A stretch of 59,719 nt of DNA, filler included, from Squatina squatina (GCA_031763465.1; 4 parts of 4 records of this genome joined end to end with filler, not necessarily neighbours in it); one strand, 5' to 3'. Positions 25,946 to 38,935 are shown, numbered from the whole stretch's first letter. Notes: generated from the letters alone by a model not told the origin. Translations and numbers: made by a program.

Positions 25946-27811
25946 CCCTACACGCACAGTGTAAATCACTTCCATAGTATTAGGAACACGTCTTCCTCTT
26001 CCATGCTCCAGAAAAGAAAGTTTGACAAAGGCATATCTATAATATATTAAAAATCTTACATCGACACACATTTCCTGTCACGTTTTCTTGATTATGTCCA
26101 TGGAAACTTGTAACACTGTAATTACACCCTCCCATCAGCAGTGGCATTGTAACACCTCCGTTTTACATCCCTGACCTCCTCAACCTATGGTGCAGAGAAA
26201 TTCGTAGCTCCAACCTTCTCTGCTTTCCAACTGGCTCTGACTTTTTAAATAGTCAATTATAGATATTAATATAAAATCAAATTGTTAAATAAAAATAAGG
26301 ATAAAATGTATGATTTTAAAATGGGAAGTGAACTACGCCCGTGCACCCGGGTCCAAATATCCCAGCCTGTGATCCCACTTCACCTGGTCATGCATATGGG
26401 AAATTAGCTAATGCATTATGGTTACATTGGAAATATGAGAAAAACAAACGTTAGTCAAATCAACAACAGCCAACAGCAACTTAACATGCCAGGGGGCAGA
26501 ACAATTATGATCGAGACTTACCAACATCTCCATGCACATAAAGGCCTTTTGGAGGTTTAGATCTTGCAAAAAACTGCAAACAAAACACAAGGTTTCAGAG
26601 TAATTAAGCAAAATGAAATGCACTGTACATATTTTGAACTCTTTTTTAAATGTTCTGCTGCTCTGCTAGAACTTTCAGTTGATTACTTGACTGTGGCAGA
26701 TATCTGCTAAGCCAGGGATGTCCACATATGATTCGCCCCTACACAAAAAAGGCAAGCCTGAAGATATCAAACTGCAAGGTCACCCCCACACACACCACAA
26801 GCAAACACGCCCGCACACACCCACTCACACCACAAACACCCACACGAACCCACACACCGTGANNNNNNNNNNNNNNNNNNNNNNNNNNNNNNNNNNNNNN
26901 NNNNNNNNNNNNNNNNNNNNNNNNNNNNNNNNNNNNNNNNNNNNNNNNNNNNNNNNNNNNNNGTACATTCTATGATTCTACAAACCACTAAATGCTTCTA
27001 GTTGCATTTTTGCATTTTTGTTTCATGTAATGTATTTCTGGATAGACACAGGTCAGGGTGCTTTTTCACCCTTTTCCAATTTTGCACCTCTTTTTGTGCT
27101 TATGCACAGGAAAAGAAAATTGGGACCCGATTAAGGAATTTTCTTCATTATGTTGAAATAAAGAGTAGATTTACATTTTCTATGTCCACATACAGTGAAA
27201 CCAATAAACAATGCTTTGCTACCTTTACAATTTACAGAATCAATGCAGCCAGATTATTCAAAGTATAGTTGAAGGTTATTTCACACAGAAAGGGTCAGTA
27301 TGTGGTCATTGCTCAGAATGAAGGAGGATTACTGTCTGAGGAGTTAGTGCTGCCCCTCGTTAAACATAAAGCATCTTTCTTATTCACGTCCAGCAGTAGT
27401 TTTTCCCACATGTTCACTTTATATATATTTTCAATGAGGAATGCAACGTTACTACGGACATTTTGGATTCACATCCATTATCAGTTTCAAGGAGATTTGA
27501 AGGATGTCAATTCCTCTGAAAAATATTGCTTTCCNNNNNNNNNNNNNNNNNNNNNNNNNNNNNNNNNNNNNNNNNNNNNNNNNNNNNNNNNNNNNNNNNN
27601 NNNNNNNNNNNNNNNNNNNNNNNNNNNNNNNNNNAAACCACGAAACAATATTGTACCTTGAGAAATCTTAATTTCTAGCTAACTTTACTTACTGTTTTGG
27701 CACTCTATTGGAGCCTTTTTAAACTTCAAACATTTAGTACTAGAATTTTTTAATTGGAAGCTAGTGATACACTGTCACTTTTGTTAATAGCAAATACATT
27801 TTACATTTCAG

Positions 27812-27926
27812 AGTTGCTGGTCATCCCTTGGCACAGAATGAACGCTGTCTTCATATGTTCCTGCAAGAGGAAATCATAGACAAAAACTACACGCCAGCAA
27901 AAGTGAAACATGCACAAACAGTGTGA
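27812..27926 (+). CDS. SNX3: Sorting nexin 3 last coding exon
   Basis: TTTCAG acceptor. Translates VAGHPLAQNERCLHMFLQEEIIDKNYTPAKVKHAQTV-TGA. Divergent from AFG1L, as at human 6q21, which favours SNX3 over SNX12. Confidence 0.92.
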
Positions 27927-28759
27927 ATGGACTAAAACACTGATCTGTCAAAGAAATCCTTCCATTACCAATTGAAATTGCTGGTTTTGGCTAATCCTCA
28001 GTACTTCTCTTTCTGCTTACTGATGTTTCTGAAAACAGAACTTCATCTCAGGTGCAGATCACAAGCAAGAAAGATCTGCATTCGGGATTAGAGCTGGCTA
28101 CTGTAATTTGGCTTTGTATAACTTTTTTGCTTAACATTCATTCTGAAGCCTTACATTTTGAGTCAAGAAATGTGTTGATGTAGTCTNNNNNNNNNNNNNN
28201 NNNNNNNNNNNNNNNNNNNNNNNNNNNNNNNNNNNNNNNNNNNNNNNNNNNNNNNNNNNNNNNNNNNNNNNNNNNNNNNNNNNNNNTCATGAAAGTGCTC
28301 CCATTTGTACAGCAATTTTACAAATCTCATGTCCTCAAGCACCCATTTCTCTACAGCACTAATGTACTCTTAGTGAAACAGGATGACCAATCACTTTAAG
28401 ATGGCAAGAGAGGGATTGGTTCAACTCTTGCTTTAAGGACGACTCCGTCTCCAATAGAAAGAATTATCTTAACATTCCAAGGTGACGATGTGGGTAATCA
28501 ATGAAGTGTATAATTGGTTTTACAATTTAATCGATCAAAAGAAGTAAAAGTTCATCTTTCAAAACATGTTGTGGCTTTCTTATCAGTGATGTTTAACAAC
28601 AATTTGCATTTGTATGGTTTCTTTTAACATAATAAAACGTCTTAAGGCACTTCACACAGAAAAGAGACCGACTCAGTGGTAGTGGATTTAGGAGTGTTGG
28701 CCCAAGGCACAGCCAAAGAGGGAGGTCTTGAGGAAGGTTGTTAAAGACTAAAAAAGAAA

Positions 28760-29035
28760 GACATTGGTTTCTATAGCGCATCTCTCGACCGCAAGACGTC
28801 CCGAAACGCTTTATAGCCAATGAAGTACTTTTGAAGTGTTGTCACTGTTGTAATGTAGAAAACACGGCAGCCAATTTGTGCACAGCAAGATTCCACAAAC
28901 AGCAATGCCACGATGACCAGATAATCTGTTTGTGATGATGGATGAGGGATAGATATGGTTCAGGGTACGGGGGGGGGGCGCTCCTCTGCTCTTCTTCAAA
29001 ATAATGCGATGGGACCTTTGCCTCGTTTAACATAT
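28760..29035 (-). mobile_element. SacSINE1/Deu-domain SINE; other copies at 1-45 (+), 40093-40285 (+) and 53988-54295 (-)
   Basis: Reverse strand reads TTTGAAGAAGAGCAG..CAGATTATCTGGTCAT..CAAATTGGCTGCCG..ACATTACAACAGTGAC..CTTCAAAAGTACTTCATTGGCT, matching the recalled shark Deu-SINE. Confidence 0.8.
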
Positions 29036-29046
29036 CATTGTAAAAA

Positions 29047-29146
29047 NNNNNNNNNNNNNNNNNNNNNNNNNNNNNNNNNNNNNNNNNNNNTTAATTAATT
29101 AANNNNNNNNNNNNNNNNNNNNNNNNNNNNNNNNNNNNNNNNNNNN
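29047..29146. other. Artificial scaffold linker
   Basis: TTAATTAATTAA at 29091-29102 between two 44-N runs. Confidence 0.97.
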
Positions 29147-29781
29147 CCGATTAAAAAGAATAGATATGGATGTCATACAATGAATCACTAACTAAAACAA
29201 GTCAAATATTTTCTGTCTTGGTGGAATCACTAGATATTTTCAGTAGACAGAATTTTAATTGTGTTAACAATCTGAAAATCAAAAACAATATAGCATTGCA
29301 ACTTAAGGATTTATCATGTCTCATAATTTCAGTCATCCTTTAAGGAAATGAGGTACAAACAAAAATGTAGAAAATAAAGTCTTTGGTTGCAGAATGTTCT
29401 CCTTATGGAAGACAGTGAAGATATTACAGATGGCAGAATGAAGATACGTCAAGAGAGATTATTCTGGTTTCCAGAATTGAGACAAGACAGCCACAATACT
29501 TCGGGCATGTACAATGAATGGCCAGAGATCCTAAATGAACACTTGAGTCAGCAGCCCCAGAAATTAGGAGATTAAATCCATTGCATGCACTATCCGAAAA
29601 GCAGTGGAGGGAAGATAATGGAGACTGCACAGGAGAAAGGCGATTGGTGGTGGGAAATAATAAGGCTCAATGAGAGCAGATGGATGAAAGACGATAACGA
29701 CAATAGCATCAGTGATCAATAATGCACCTTCACCCTCAGAAACCTTAAAAGCCAAGATAGATTTTGGTAATTTTTTAAACA

Positions 29782-29787
29782 TTTATT
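29782..29787 (-). terminator. Possible WASL polyadenylation signal
   Basis: AATAAA on the minus strand downstream of the WASL stop, after AT-rich UTR-like sequence. A gap intervenes. Confidence 0.3.
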
Positions 29788-30892
29788 TAGATATACTTTT
29801 CAGTTAAAAGTTCCATTCCATAATTGCAAATCTGTATTGAGTTTGCTCTTTGATTCTGATGCAAGGTCACCAAAAGGACTATAATGTAAAGATACGGATG
29901 TTAACATTCATTATTACGAGTTCACTTCCAAACATTTCCCAAATTGCAGTTTAACAAGCATTAAGCACAGCCCTTTATGAATACATTAAACACAAATTCC
30001 TAATCACAACCTTCACCTCTAAAAACTGAAAATGAGACTATTTTCCATTAACCCTTACACTGCTAAATATACACTCTGTATAAGAAATGCTATCACTTAG
30101 CACTTTAAGGGTTAAAAATCTTCCTTCCCCCCCCCCCGCCCCCAATTGTGTTGAGTTTTCACAAGATGACCTGAATTCCTATTTGAAATACGTGACTCAA
30201 TTTCCGACATGGAAGCAGCAAGGAGTATAAATATTTAACAATGTAACAGACATTTTTTTTTTAAAGTAATGGGATTTCAACTGAAAATAGTTGTGATAGA
30301 CAGAATTGCTGCATACAGTATAAGACACTCATCACAGATAAGTTGCTGTGCATCTTTGTATTGAATCACTCGACACGGTAGACAGTAAGACATAANNNNN
30401 NNNNNNNNNNNNNNNNNNNNNNNNNNNNNNNNNNNNNNNNNNNNNNNNNNNNNNNNNNNNNNNNNNNNNNNNNNNNNNNNNNNNNNNNNNNNNNNNNNNN
30501 NNNNNNNNNNNNNNNNNNNNNNNNNNNNNNNNNNNNNNNNNNNNNNNNNNNNNNNNNNNNNNNNNNNNNNNNNNNNNNNNNNNNNNNNNNNNNCTACTCT
30601 GGCTTTCAACAAGCATAATTAGAGTTCCTGTCAACTTAGCTCCATTACACAATTTATTTTGTTGCTGGAATGAACACATTATGTTGTTCTTTATATGTCC
30701 CAACACCAACTGTGCATAGGGAGTATTTACCCACAATGCTTTGTCAAATGAATTATTAAATGAGGTATTGCACAGATTATGAAAGAGCAAAAGGCAACAA
30801 AAATATACAGCAAAATCTGCAGAACATTTACAGGACAACTTTACAGGATTCAGAAAGACAGGAAGGTCTATGGTCTTGCTTGTCGAGAAAAA

Positions 30893-30954
30893 CTAATCTT
30901 CCCATTCATCATCATCGTCAAAGTCTTCTTCCTCATCTTCATCCTCATCTTCAT
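30893..30954 (-). CDS. WASL: N-WASP last coding exon (acidic A region)
   Basis: TTTCAG acceptor. Translates (D)EDEDEDEEEDFDDDDEWED-TAG. Confidence 0.95.
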
Positions 30955-31044
30955 CTGAAAACATTGTTGTATTCCAATTAGTTTATAGACCAAATAACAT
31001 TTGATGACTACTCTTAAGCACTAATACTTAGATATTTAATTTTA

Positions 31045-32830
31045 TGACTTTGCATTTATATAGCATCTTTAACAGAGGCAGAACTCCCCAATGTGCTTTA
31101 CAGAGTGATAGGGGAGTGGTCACGAGGCCAAAGGAGGAAATATTGGGAGGGCTGACCAAAAACCTGGTCAGAGAGATGGGTTTTAAGGAGAGGGAATCAG
31201 GAAGCACAGAGGGACTTCCAGTGCATGGGACCTAAAAGTTGGAAGCACAGCTGCCAATGGTGAGAGGGAGGAGTCAGAAGATGTTCGTGTCTGGAGAAAG
31301 GAGAGATGGGTGGGGGACGGGCAGGGGCCATTTAAGAAAGATAAGTGTAGTGAAGCCATAGATGGATTTAACAGGAGGTTGGGAATTTTAAATTTGAAGC
31401 ATTGGGGGATCGGAAGCCAATACAAGTCAGTGAGGACAGGAATAACGTTGCGTGACAAAGCAAGAGCTTGGATGAGCTCAAGTACATGAAGATTGGGAGG
31501 TCAGACAAGAGATCAAGGCACAAATGAGGTTTTCAGTGCCAGATGGGCTGAATTAGGCGATGTTAGAGGTGAAAGTACTTGGTGATGCAGNNNNNNNNNN
31601 NNNNNNNNNNNNNNNNNNNNNNNNNNNNNNNNNNNNNNNNNNNNNNNNNNNNNNNNNNNNNNNNNNNNNNNNNNNNNNNNNNNNNNNNNNCCTCTTGAAT
31701 CAACTGACGGACAGTTTCTTCATCACTTGCCTGCTAACTTAATTCATATTTTTAAGAAGCCATTGTGTGAAATAGTTCTGTCCAAGTTCTCCATTCACTT
31801 CTGATTTTTAAATGATGTCTTAGTTTCAAACCTTTACTAGTGTCAACTTGTCTAAAATAATTTTAACCAATACTTTGCTAACTTTGGAATACATGACATC
31901 ATCTCAAAATGTGCTTGTGAATGAAGGAGCCTGAAGTTATAATTTCCTTCCAGGATGCCTCTAGAGTTATGGGTGGTTTTTGCAGGAGAGATTAATGTGG
32001 CCCAGCCAGAATTGATGGTTGACCAAGCCAGATGTGTGTCAGGTCAACTCAAGTCTGCACCCCTGGGAGTTGAGGGAGTGAAGGTGAGCACAATACCAGA
32101 GGATACAATAGGGATGAGAGACAGTGAAGGTTTGTTGGGCATGAAGACATTAAAAGATGATGCAAAGATATTGTGACAATTGGAGGGCTGTAGGCTAGGT
32201 AGTTGGGAGCTTAAGAGTGTATTCTAAGTAAATTCAGGGAGCGCGTTATTCTCCACGACTGGCTGCAGAATGAAGTGGGGTTGGAAGAGGGTAGAAGGAA
32301 GTGGGTGGGGAGGAATACATAGAAGAAGAAGAAGTGGTTAGAGATGGCTTTGTCACTAATTAAGACCATGGGAGATGGCATGATTGAGGGGATGGCCAAG
32401 AAAATGGGTAGGGCAGTTTATATGGAGGGAGTAGTTTAGGGAGGATCAGAGAGCAATGAACTCAGTGAAGAAATGGAAGGAGAGTGCAAATGGAGACTGT
32501 CATCATCAAGGATGGGGCAATGTCTCCGAGTAGAGTCTGAGGGGCAAGAAGGGAGGGTATCTCAGGATGGGGCAATAGACAACTAGGATTTTGCAAAGGA
32601 ACAGTGTTAATTGCTCAAATGCAGGAGAAAGTGCCAGAGTAGGGGAAGGTAGCAACGTGTGACTTGGTGATCAGGGCCACACCGCCTCTACAGTGTTTTA
32701 GGCAGGATAGATGGTGGTATATCCACGCAAAGGCGCTTCAATAAGGAGCAAGGCAGCATCACCCGAGTCAAGCTTCAGTCAAAGTCAGTTCACCCTCTGA
32801 AATCTACTACCTGATGGAGATCATTCGGGC
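31045..32830 (-). mobile_element. Old L2-type LINE fragments in the last WASL intron (31045-31590 and about 31950-32830)
   Basis: Translates PVLTDLYWLPIPQCFKFKI (L2 ORF2 C-terminal motif), with an L2 tail. Decayed endonuclease-like sequence lies near 32650-32830. Confidence 0.75.
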
Positions 32831-33328
32831 AAAATGAAAATGCATGATGACTTTTCATTGACTAAAATACCATCCTAGATTCAGAGGTCTTTATATGAAA
32901 TGCAGATACATGGGCAAAGACGCTCTGTGTACAGGACATGAGGAGTGTGTTATGCAAAGATCATAAACTGGCCATGCAAAATGCTTATATGGTGTTATTC
33001 ACCAAAAGAAAACAGCACATAGCCCAACATTTGATGCAATGTTATTCTGTGCTTGTGTACAGAGCATTATCACAGCCTGCTGCAAAAAATATTGTTACTG
33101 AATGGCTAGTGAAATATTAACCACACACCTATGAAACTTTAAGATACTCTCAAAGGCTCTTTGCTATAAGCTAGTCTGTAGCAATAAAGCAATATTTTTC
33201 CACTAGAGTAACAGCAAGCACTTAATTATTCTTGCACATTTCATGCTTATTTTTAAAGTTGGTATTTAAAAGTCAGACATAATCTCTGGGATTTATGGAA
33301 ATGGTCAGTGAATATTTAAAAATCCCAC

Positions 33329-33437
33329 CTGAAGAGTGAATGGCTTTACTCCTTTTCTGCATCACCTCCATCAATGCTCCTACAATCCCTGCTGTAGGAG
33401 TAGGTGTTGAAGGAGAAGAAGAATCCTGATCGTTTAC
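33329..33437 (-). CDS. WASL: N-WASP penultimate exon (central C region)
   Basis: TAG acceptor and GTGGG donor. Translates VNDQDSSSPSTPTPTAGIVGALMEVMQKRSKAIHSS. Phase 1 matches the last exon. Confidence 0.95.
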
Positions 33438-35336
33438 CTATAAAAGGAATTGACCCATCATTTATTGAAGTGTAGAACATATAACAAAGTTGCTAATGTG
33501 TTGCAACAGTTTTGCAGATTTTTCTTCCTAATTGGCATGACTTGCAATGCAAGTCCGACAGCAATCAAGCAAAAGTGGCTTTTTTTTAATTCAATGCATC
33601 TTTGACCTTGGTATTAATATTCTCAAGTCAGCAAAAAACATGTGCTGGGAAGTTACGACACAATTTATCAGTCTCATCCGTCACTCTCGTGAGTTCACCA
33701 CATTTTGTTTCATTTTACAGTATTATCAAAGCTCACCCAAGAAAGCTTGCAGCAGATAAACCCTAGGCCTTAAGACACAATTCAACATAGTATGAGCGAC
33801 TGGTNNNNNNNNNNNNNNNNNNNNNNNNNNNNNNNNNNNNNNNNNNNNNNNNNNNNNNNNNNNNNNNNNNNNNNNNNNNNNNNNNNNNNNNNNNNNNNNN
33901 NNNNGTTGCATAGAGTTGAAATCTCTCTACAGTAACTAAATATTATTGATTTTAACAATTCCAGAATATATTAAACATGGATTCCACTAAATGTCATCAA
34001 AATTTATTATTGCCTTCTGTTGGGCGGTAAGGTGTTCAACGGGTCAAATCTCTGATTTTTGTCTCTTGTATTGCATATAAATGTAATATGTTTTTATGAT
34101 CATCTAATAACATCTCAGGATAAGCTTTTACATTGGAATGCAATTGGTTGCTAATCATATGTGCTTTTGCTACTGGTTTTGAATCACTGTCTAAGATATT
34201 CTGGTGTGACTAGTCCATACTGTACGTACCTTGGGTATCATTCGTTCTTGTTGTTTCAGGTGACCTTCACCAGGCTATGACATCATTGTTAAAATTAAGA
34301 TAGGCAATCAACATGACATCAATGTCTCCTCTGACTCCAAAAATTATTTTGTTGTTTGGGATAATTGAGGATGTTTTATTGTTAATGAAACCTGTTTTGC
34401 ATTGGTTCCAACTTTTNNNNNNNNNNTAGTGACCAGGGAAAAAAAAATTCCAAATGTCTTGAAAGTGAGATTTAAAAATATTACTTTCTGCATTACCTGA
34501 TGGATAAGGGTACTGTCATAATTCAAATCATAAGAAAATCCATCTGTATGGTTATCAATTTATGAGATGTGGTTGGTCGTTTTGAATTTTGTTCCCACAA
34601 GCGAGAGAGAATGCTGCAGTTGCAGAGCAGAGATCAACAATCAATTTTTATTTCAAAAAATTTATATTGTAATTGTTTTGCACATGTATTTACTTACATT
34701 TGCTCTTGACAATTGGAGTAAAAAAAATTAGACATGGTATTCACTTGAGCTTTGAAAAAGGAAAGCCATCCACAAGAATGCAGTTACAACTTGCGGGTTT
34801 TTCTGCCATTATGCATGCTGACCGCAAGCTTTTAAATTTCAGAACTGCAACTTCACCCATTGTTCTTTATTCTGAATGAGATGCTCACATGTATTTAATT
34901 TACAAAAATTGTGCTGAAAACATTTTGCAAATAGAAAATCTAAGAATGGAGAAGCTTACAAAATAAACAGCTAAGAGCATGAATCAGCCATGCACAGAGT
35001 TCTTCGCTGGTTTGCCGTTTCACACGTCTGAAATCTTGAGTCAGCAAAACTATAGTTTATGCTGATTAGGCATCATTCTACATAAGATTATTAAAAAAAT
35101 AATTGAGACCTACATGCAGAAAGAATCTTTAAGTCATTTGTAAGTACTGAACGATCAAGAACGCTTACTGGAAGTTACTTGGTGTGCCAATGTCCGCCTT
35201 AGTCAATTTCTTCTTTTTACCTTTTACNNNNNNNNNNNNNNNNNNNNNNNNNNNNNNNNNNNNNNNNNNNNNNNNNNNNNNNNNNNNNNNNNNNNNNNNN
35301 NNNNNNNNNNNNNNNNNNNNNNNNNNNCTGAGTGCC

Positions 35337-36102
35337 ATGAGTGTCTCAGTCATTCCCAAGAAGTTGTTCGCAAGACAACTGGTGCTTGTACTAATATTGC
35401 AGATGACAAGTAGCCAGTACTTCAAGCAAGCAAAATCTCCAGTGCTTCCACACAACCCGTTTATTGTTGTGTGGAATGCCCCAACTGAACAGTGCAGGCT
35501 TCGGTACAAGGTGGATCTGGACCTCAGTGTTTTTGATATATCTTCAAATGCCAACGAGACGCTCAGTGGGTCAACCATTACCATATTTTATCACAATCAT
35601 CTGGGCAAGTACCCTTATTTCACCCGCAACAATGTTCCTGTTAACGGAGGAGTCCCCCAGAATGATAGCCTTAAAGAACACTTGAACAAAGCCAGGTCTG
35701 ACATTGAGAAATTAATTCCAGTTAAGGACTTCAGCGGTCTTGGGGTGATTGACTGGGAAAATTGGAGACCTCTGTGGGTCCGAAACTGGGGTCACAAAAA
35801 TATCTATCGCAAACGGTCCATACAAATTGTGAAAAAGCTTCACCCCAACTGGACAAACAAACAAATCAAATTAGAAGCCAAAAGACAATATGAAAATGCT
35901 GGGTGGAAATTTATGAATAAAACACTGGGGTTAGCAGAGCAGATTAGGCCGGATGGCCTCTGGGGGTTCTATCTCTTCCCAGACTGCTATAACCATCATT
36001 ATAAGAAAGATCCAAAGAAATATGATGGGAAGTGCCCTGCAATTGAGTACAAACGCAATGACAAGTTACTCTGGTTATGGAAAGAAAGTGAAGCTCTCTA
36101 CC
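35337..36102 (+). CDS. GH56 hyaluronidase, HYAL6-like large first coding exon, truncated at its 3' end (possible pseudogene)
   Basis: Signal-like N-terminus, then PFIVVWNAPTEQC, NGGVPQ, GVIDWENWRP, LWGFYLFPDCYN and RNDKLLWLWKESEALY. The expected PSIYL is missing and a stop follows at 36120-36122. Confidence 0.88.
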
Positions 36103-36484
36103 AAGGGTATTCGCTGAACTAGAACCCAGCCACAGCCAATGAGTTCTTGAACTCGGTGAGACATGGAAGGTGGAAGAGCCTTGAGGAGAAAACTAACTTC
36201 ACTCGCTCCAGCAGGAAAGCATGGACCCTGCTCCATCAACTTGGCAGGGCAAACCCTGCCTATAAACACAGGATGACCATCAGAGCGGACGCCATTGCAT
36301 CCCATTTGATACCAACATCAAAGGCTCCGGTGGACAAGGAATTTCTACGCCATGTGAAGTGGCAGTTTTTGACAAACTTGATAGTGGTACCAAGATCGCT
36401 AACTATGTCTGATCCATTCACCGTGGACAAACTAAACGCAGCCCCATCGACAACCAAATCTGGAAAAGCTGCTGGTCCAGATGG
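36103..36484 (+). mobile_element. Non-LTR retrotransposon ORF fragment just upstream of the RT domain (possibly Vingi/Ingi-like)
   Basis: Translates RWKSLEEKTNFTRSSRKAWTLL..ADAIASHL..PFTVDKL..KSGKAAGPD. The clade assignment is from memory only. Confidence 0.75.
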
Positions 36485-36584
36485 NNNNNNNNNNNNNNNN
36501 NNNNNNNNNNNNNNNNNNNNNNNNNNNNNNNNNNNNNNNNNNNNNNNNNNNNNNNNNNNNNNNNNNNNNNNNNNNNNNNNNNNN

Positions 36585-37335
36585 AGACGAGTTCATCGTT
36601 TCTCGAGATTTCAATGTCGGGACAGCTTCCTGTGTAGTTGACGATTGAATCCTTGTAGTTGTAGTTATAACACTCGGGATACAAGTAATATCCCCATAAA
36701 TGATTCGGTCTTAATGACTTGCCCAATTTTAAAGTTTTTAACATTAAGTTTTTTGCCTGTTCTTCAAATTCATCCTTGGCGATCATAATTACGTCGCTCA
36801 TGTTGAACGACTGGTTTCGTTGCATAACCAGCTCGACAGATTTCATTCTGTAAATATCTTTCTGGTCCCAGTTCCTTATCCACTGAGGCCTCCAGTTTTC
36901 CCAGTTTATGATTGCAAGTCCAGGGAGCGCTTTTGAAGGAATGTAGTACTGAAAATCTTCCACTGCCTTAGCATAGTGAAGATTTAAGGGGGCCAGCTGG
37001 GGGATACCTCCATTAAACGAGTCTCCAGTTAACTCATCGTAATATGGGTAATAACCAAGCCTGCTGTGGTAGAAGATCGTGATGGCCTGTCCTGTGGCAG
37101 ATTCCAATGGGCTACCGGTGACTTCAAAAAGGCTCAGGTCTACAGTAACTCCAAATTTGCTCTCACACAGTTCAGTGGGTGCATTCCATAGGGCAGTGAA
37201 TGGGGAGTTCTCTATAAGCGGATCCACAGTTTGATGTAGTGGTTGACCGAAGCATGTGGAAGCAACGAGGGCAAGCTGGAGAACTGCCCTGGACACAGGG
37301 CTGCCACTGTTCCTGACGCAGCCGTGGAGTTTCAT
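36585..37335 (-). CDS. SPAM1/PH-20-like GH56 hyaluronidase first coding exon (runs into a gap; exon begins at 37357)
   Basis: Translates PFTALWNAPTELC, GSPLESATGQAITIFY..RLGYYPY, NGGIPQ, IINWENWRPQW, KLGKSLRPNHLWGYYLYPECYNY. No stops. Acceptor TTCTCTTAG lies upstream of the ATG. Confidence 0.9.
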
Positions 37336-38226
37336 TCTCGCACAATGGTAGTGTTATCTAAGAGAACAAAAAGGCTTTCAGTGTTAAGTAACTGTAGAAG
37401 CAAATTGTTCCATGCACCTTTGCAAGCAATGCTCAAGGTACAAAGAAATCCGGTTAGACTAAGTAGGGTAGACAACTTGTCAAACTGAAAGACATGGGTT
37501 TTGAGAGAACTCCAGATTTCAAGTATACGTTGTGTGAAAACATGCTCCTGATTTCGATCCTGAATATCCTGGCTCTCATTTGAGGATGGAATCCCCTTGC
37601 TCTTAATTCCCCCACCAGATGAAATAGTTTCTCTCAATCTACCCTATCGAATCCTTTTAACATTTCAAACGCCTCGAGCAGATCGCCGCTCAATCTCCTG
37701 CACTCAAGGCAATACAAGCCAAGCTTATCCAACCTGTCCTCATAACTTAACCCCCGCAGTTCAGGGTTCTAAAAGACTGCAGGTTGTAGGTGAAACGAGA
37801 GACTGAAGTAGGTAAGGCAGTCTACAGCTTTAAGTCTCTGGGCAAGAATCAGTTAGTGCAGACTTGAGTTCAGTGAGGATGCAGGGAGGCAGGGAGGAGA
37901 GCGTGGAACACGGTAAATGTGCGTCCTAGCAGGAAGCAGAGCGGAATGATGGAATTCTTACCCACTGCTGCTGTGCAGTGTTTATGACCAATGATTAATC
38001 ATATGCGTGACACGCAGGTGGATTTTGGAAATGTTAGTAATACATTGACATAGCAGTTCATTAAAACACAAGAAGATATAAGACAAGCTATATTGCAGCG
38101 GCAAGCTCCAACAGTGGGTTGTGCAGNNNNNNNNNNNNNNNNNNNNNNNNNNNNNNNNNNNNNNNNNNNNNNNNNNNNNNNNNNNNNNNNNNNNNNNNNN
38201 NNNNNNNNNNNNNNNNNNNNNNNNNN

Positions 38227-38340
38227 AGCTCCCTCTACACTGTCCCATCAAACACTCCCAGGACAGGTACAGCACGGGTTAGATACAGAGTAAAGCTCCC
38301 TCCGCACTGTCCCGTCAAACACTCCCAGGGCAGGTACAGC
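38227..38340. repeat. 67-bp tandem repeat (1.7 copies visible before the gap)
   Basis: AGCTCCCTCTACACTGTCCCATCAAACACTCCCAGGACAGGTACAGC recurs at 38227 and 38294. Confidence 0.85.
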
Positions 38341-38599
38341 GTGCTTGCTGTAACTTGTGTCCCTAGCCCAGGGGGTACTGAGGACATCCTACGGCACCCC
38401 TCGCCGATCCGAGATCAGCTGATCTGGAATCGACTTCGGAGGAGCAACAGAAAGGTTAAAGAATAGAATTGAAGCTATTTGCAAATTTACCCGATACTCC
38501 TGCACGACCATTGATTGCAAGGTTTCATGTAATGGAGCCTCGGAGTGGTTTATCCGGTTCTGCGTCCTTTGTAACTTACAACCTTTTCGAATGGTGCTG

Positions 38600-38935
38600 C
38601 ACCCCAGCCCCAGCACTTTCACCTCCCGCCTTGATTGAAAGAACAGCTCGTCCTTCCATCAGGACAGGCGTCCCATCACCGCCCCTTTCACGGCCTCAGG
38701 AGGCCCCCCCCCCCCCCGGAGCGCCTCCCGGCCAATCAGGTGGTGTTTCTCGGGCGCGCCCGCGGTTGCAACGCGGGGAAATGCGGCAGCCGGCTTCGCG
38801 CAGGCCCAAGCTCCCGCAAACGGCAACGCTGTCAACGACCCAGGCGGTTTCAGGTTCCCGAGAGGGGTCCGATAGGGTCGGAGTAGTGAGCATGCTTCCA
38901 CTGGTGGAGAGACGAGAACCAGCGGCCGTCGGTAT
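38600..38935. promoter_or_regulatory. CpG-island-like promoter or non-coding first exon
   Basis: High GC and CpG content in a CpG-depleted background. GGCCAATCA at 38730-38738, and CCGCC GC boxes. Confidence 0.6.

Noticed and set aside
27915-27926. SNX3 C-terminal extension QTV as a class I PDZ ligand
   Set aside because: Thr is at position -1, not -2, so it does not fit S/T-x-V.
35337-37335. Convergent tail-to-tail hyaluronidase pair only ~500 bp apart
   Set aside because: A 100-N gap separates the contigs and both genes lack their downstream exons, so spacing and orientation are unreliable.
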